Notes under the pieces: generated by a model
The model's database searches: none
What the model saw: only the letters and a program-made list of their open reading frames with translations
What the model was told of the DNA's origin: nothing
Origin: a phage
Length of the DNA stretch: 566 nt
Sequence record: EF517021.1
Reading direction: 5' to 3' (one strand)
Shown: positions 1 through 566 of the stretch, piece by piece
Layout: the number at the start of each line of letters is the position of its first letter
How positions within the stretch are numbered: position 1 is the stretch's first letter
Made by a program: the position numbers and the translations under genes

Positions 1-1
1 C

Positions 2-88
2 TGGGAAAAAGAAAACCCACCAGTACAAGCAACTGGGTGTATAGCTTGCTTAGAGAAAGATGACCGTTATTCACACACACCTGTAACA
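2..88 (+). CDS. 5'-partial ORF in frame 2, probable N-terminal extension of the gp1.7-like kinase long isoform, out of frame with the main ORF (possible frameshift remnant)
   Basis: Frame 2 is open from the window edge and translates WEKENPPVQATGCIACLEKDDRYSHTHL, ending at TAA 86-88. Frame 1 has TGA at 61-63 and frame 3 has TAG at 42-44, so frame 2 is the only open frame here. It contains a CxxC pair (TGT 38-40, TGC 47-49). Whether this is a separate small gene or a displaced N-terminus cannot be settled from this window. Confidence 0.45.
72..80. repeat. (CA)4 dinucleotide tract (cacacacac) at the frame-2 to frame-1 junction
   Basis: Directly visible: ca at 72-73, 74-75, 76-77, 78-79, then c at 80. 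It lies inside 64-85, the only interval open in both frame 1 and frame 2. Confidence 0.8.
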
Positions 89-94
89 AAGGAG
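88..94 (+). promoter_or_regulatory. Shine-Dalgarno ribosome-binding site (AAAGGAG) for the ATG at 103
   Basis: aaaggag at 88-94 is a near-perfect match to the anti-SD complement, with an 8-nt spacer (95-102, ctaacgat) before ATG 103-105. The frame-2 stop TAA 86-88 sits immediately upstream. Confidence 0.75.
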
Positions 95-102
95 CTAACG
101 AT

Positions 103-566
103 ATGACCGAACGTGAACAAGAGATGATTATTAAGTTGATAGACAATAATGAAAGTCGCCCAGATGATTTGAATGGCTGTGGTATTCTCTGTTCCAATGT
201 CCCTTGCCACCTCTGCCTCGCAAATAACGATCAAAAGATAACCTTAGGTGAAATCCGAGCGATGGACCCACGTAAACCACATCTGAATAAACCTGAGGTA
301 ACTCCTACAGATGACCAGCCTTCCGCTGAGACAATCGAAGGTGTCACTAAGTCTTCCCACTATATGCTGTTTGGCGACATTGAGGCTATCGAAGTGATTG
401 CTCGTTCAATGACCGTTGAACAGTTCAAGGGATACTGCTTCGGTAACATCTTAAAGTACAGACTACGTGCTGGTAAGAAGTCAGAGTTAGCGTACTTAGA
501 GAAAGACCTAACGAAAGCAGACTTCTATAAAGAATTCTTTGAGAAACATAAGGATAAATGTTATGC
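103..566 (+). CDS. 1.7: Phage T7 gp1.7-like nucleotide kinase (dTMP/dGMP kinase; DUF3310-type C-terminal domain); 3'-partial, continues past the window end
   Basis: ATG 103 with strong SD; frame 1 is open for 154 codons to the window edge. Translation: MTEREQEMIIKLIDNNESRPDDLNGCGILCSNVPCHLCLANNDQKITLGEIRAMDPRKPHLNKPEVTPTDDQPSAETIEGVTKSSHYMLFGDIEAIEVIARSMTVEQFKGYCFGNILKYRLRAGKKSELAYLEKDLTKADFYKEFFEKHKDKCY. Three parts: a Cys cluster (codons 26-38), a Pro/acidic linker (codons 55-83) and a C-terminal core (SHYMLF...KYRLRAGKK...DLTKADFY) that I recognise as the T7 gene 1.7 / DUF3310 family. Recognition is from memory, not a database hit. Confidence 0.85.
   Translation, partial: MTEREQEMIIKLIDNNESRPDDLNGCGILCSNVPCHLCLANNDQKITLGEIRAMDPRKPHLNKPEVTPTDDQPSAETIEGVTKSSHYMLFGDIEAIEVIARSMTVEQFKGYCFGNILKYRLRAGKKSELAYLEKDLTKADFYKEFFEKHKDKCY

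Noticed and set aside
17-39. Imperfect inverted repeat ccaccagt ... actgggtg, a possible hairpin
   Set aside because: Only about 5 contiguous base pairs with mismatches, inside coding sequence; too weak to call a terminator or regulatory structure.
64-88. Programmed ribosomal frameshift joining frame 2 to frame 1
   Set aside because: There is no X-XXY-YYZ slippery heptamer in the upstream frame and no obvious downstream stimulatory structure. The required shift is not a classic -1 site. A DNA-level indel or sequencing error in the (CA)4 tract is more parsimonious.
124-126. In-frame ATG (Met8) as an alternative start of the kinase
   Set aside because: No usable SD precedes it (AAGAG abuts the ATG with no spacer), whereas ATG 103 has a near-consensus SD at optimal spacing.
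348-370. T7 RNA polymerase promoter-like core CACTATA at 358-364
   Set aside because: Only the CACTATA heptamer matches. The 10 nt upstream (taagtcttcc) match the consensus TAATACGACT at about 5 of 10 positions and the initiation region (tgctgt) does not resemble GGGAGA. No phage promoter is expected inside gene 1.7. Most likely the chance result of codons S-H-Y-M.
404-428. Local dyad symmetry gttcaa (404-409) / ttgaac (416-421) / gttcaa (423-428)
   Set aside because: Stems are only 6 bp and A/T-rich, they sit inside the coding region with no flanking U-tract or regulatory context, and they are explained by codons (R-S-M-T-V-E-Q-F-K). Probably coincidental, though an mRNA hairpin cannot be excluded.
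231-449. Antisense open frame on the minus strand (ATG at 449-447 or 380-378, running to the stop at 233-231, up to about 73 codons)
   Set aside because: It lies entirely antisense to a well-supported coding region, has no SD-like sequence before either ATG, and is the size expected by chance. It is best explained as a shadow ORF.
1-566. Search for tRNA, rRNA, CRISPR repeats, IS or transposon terminal repeats and E. coli sigma70 promoters
   Set aside because: No repeated spacer-repeat units, no cloverleaf-compatible segments, no terminal inverted repeats, and no convincing -35/-10 pair with proper spacing. Sequence is coding-like throughout.

Overview
This 566-nt window looks like phage DNA from the early (class II, DNA-metabolism) region of a T7-like podovirus, not a novel system. 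One + strand ORF fills most of it (ATG 103 to the window end, frame 1, 154 codons, 3'-partial) and is preceded by a strong Shine-Dalgarno (AAAGGAG, 88-94). From memory, without a search, I recognise its product as the T7 gene 1.7 nucleotide kinase (DUF3310-type C-terminal core). The first 88 nt hold a second, 5'-partial ORF in frame 2 that stops at TAA 86-88. It reads like the N-terminal extension of the long gp1.7 isoform but is out of frame with the main ORF; the break must lie in 64-85, which contains a (CA)4 tract at 72-80. That apparent +2 frameshift is the most interesting thing here. I see no RNA genes, CRISPR repeats, mobile-element ends or convincing promoters or terminators.
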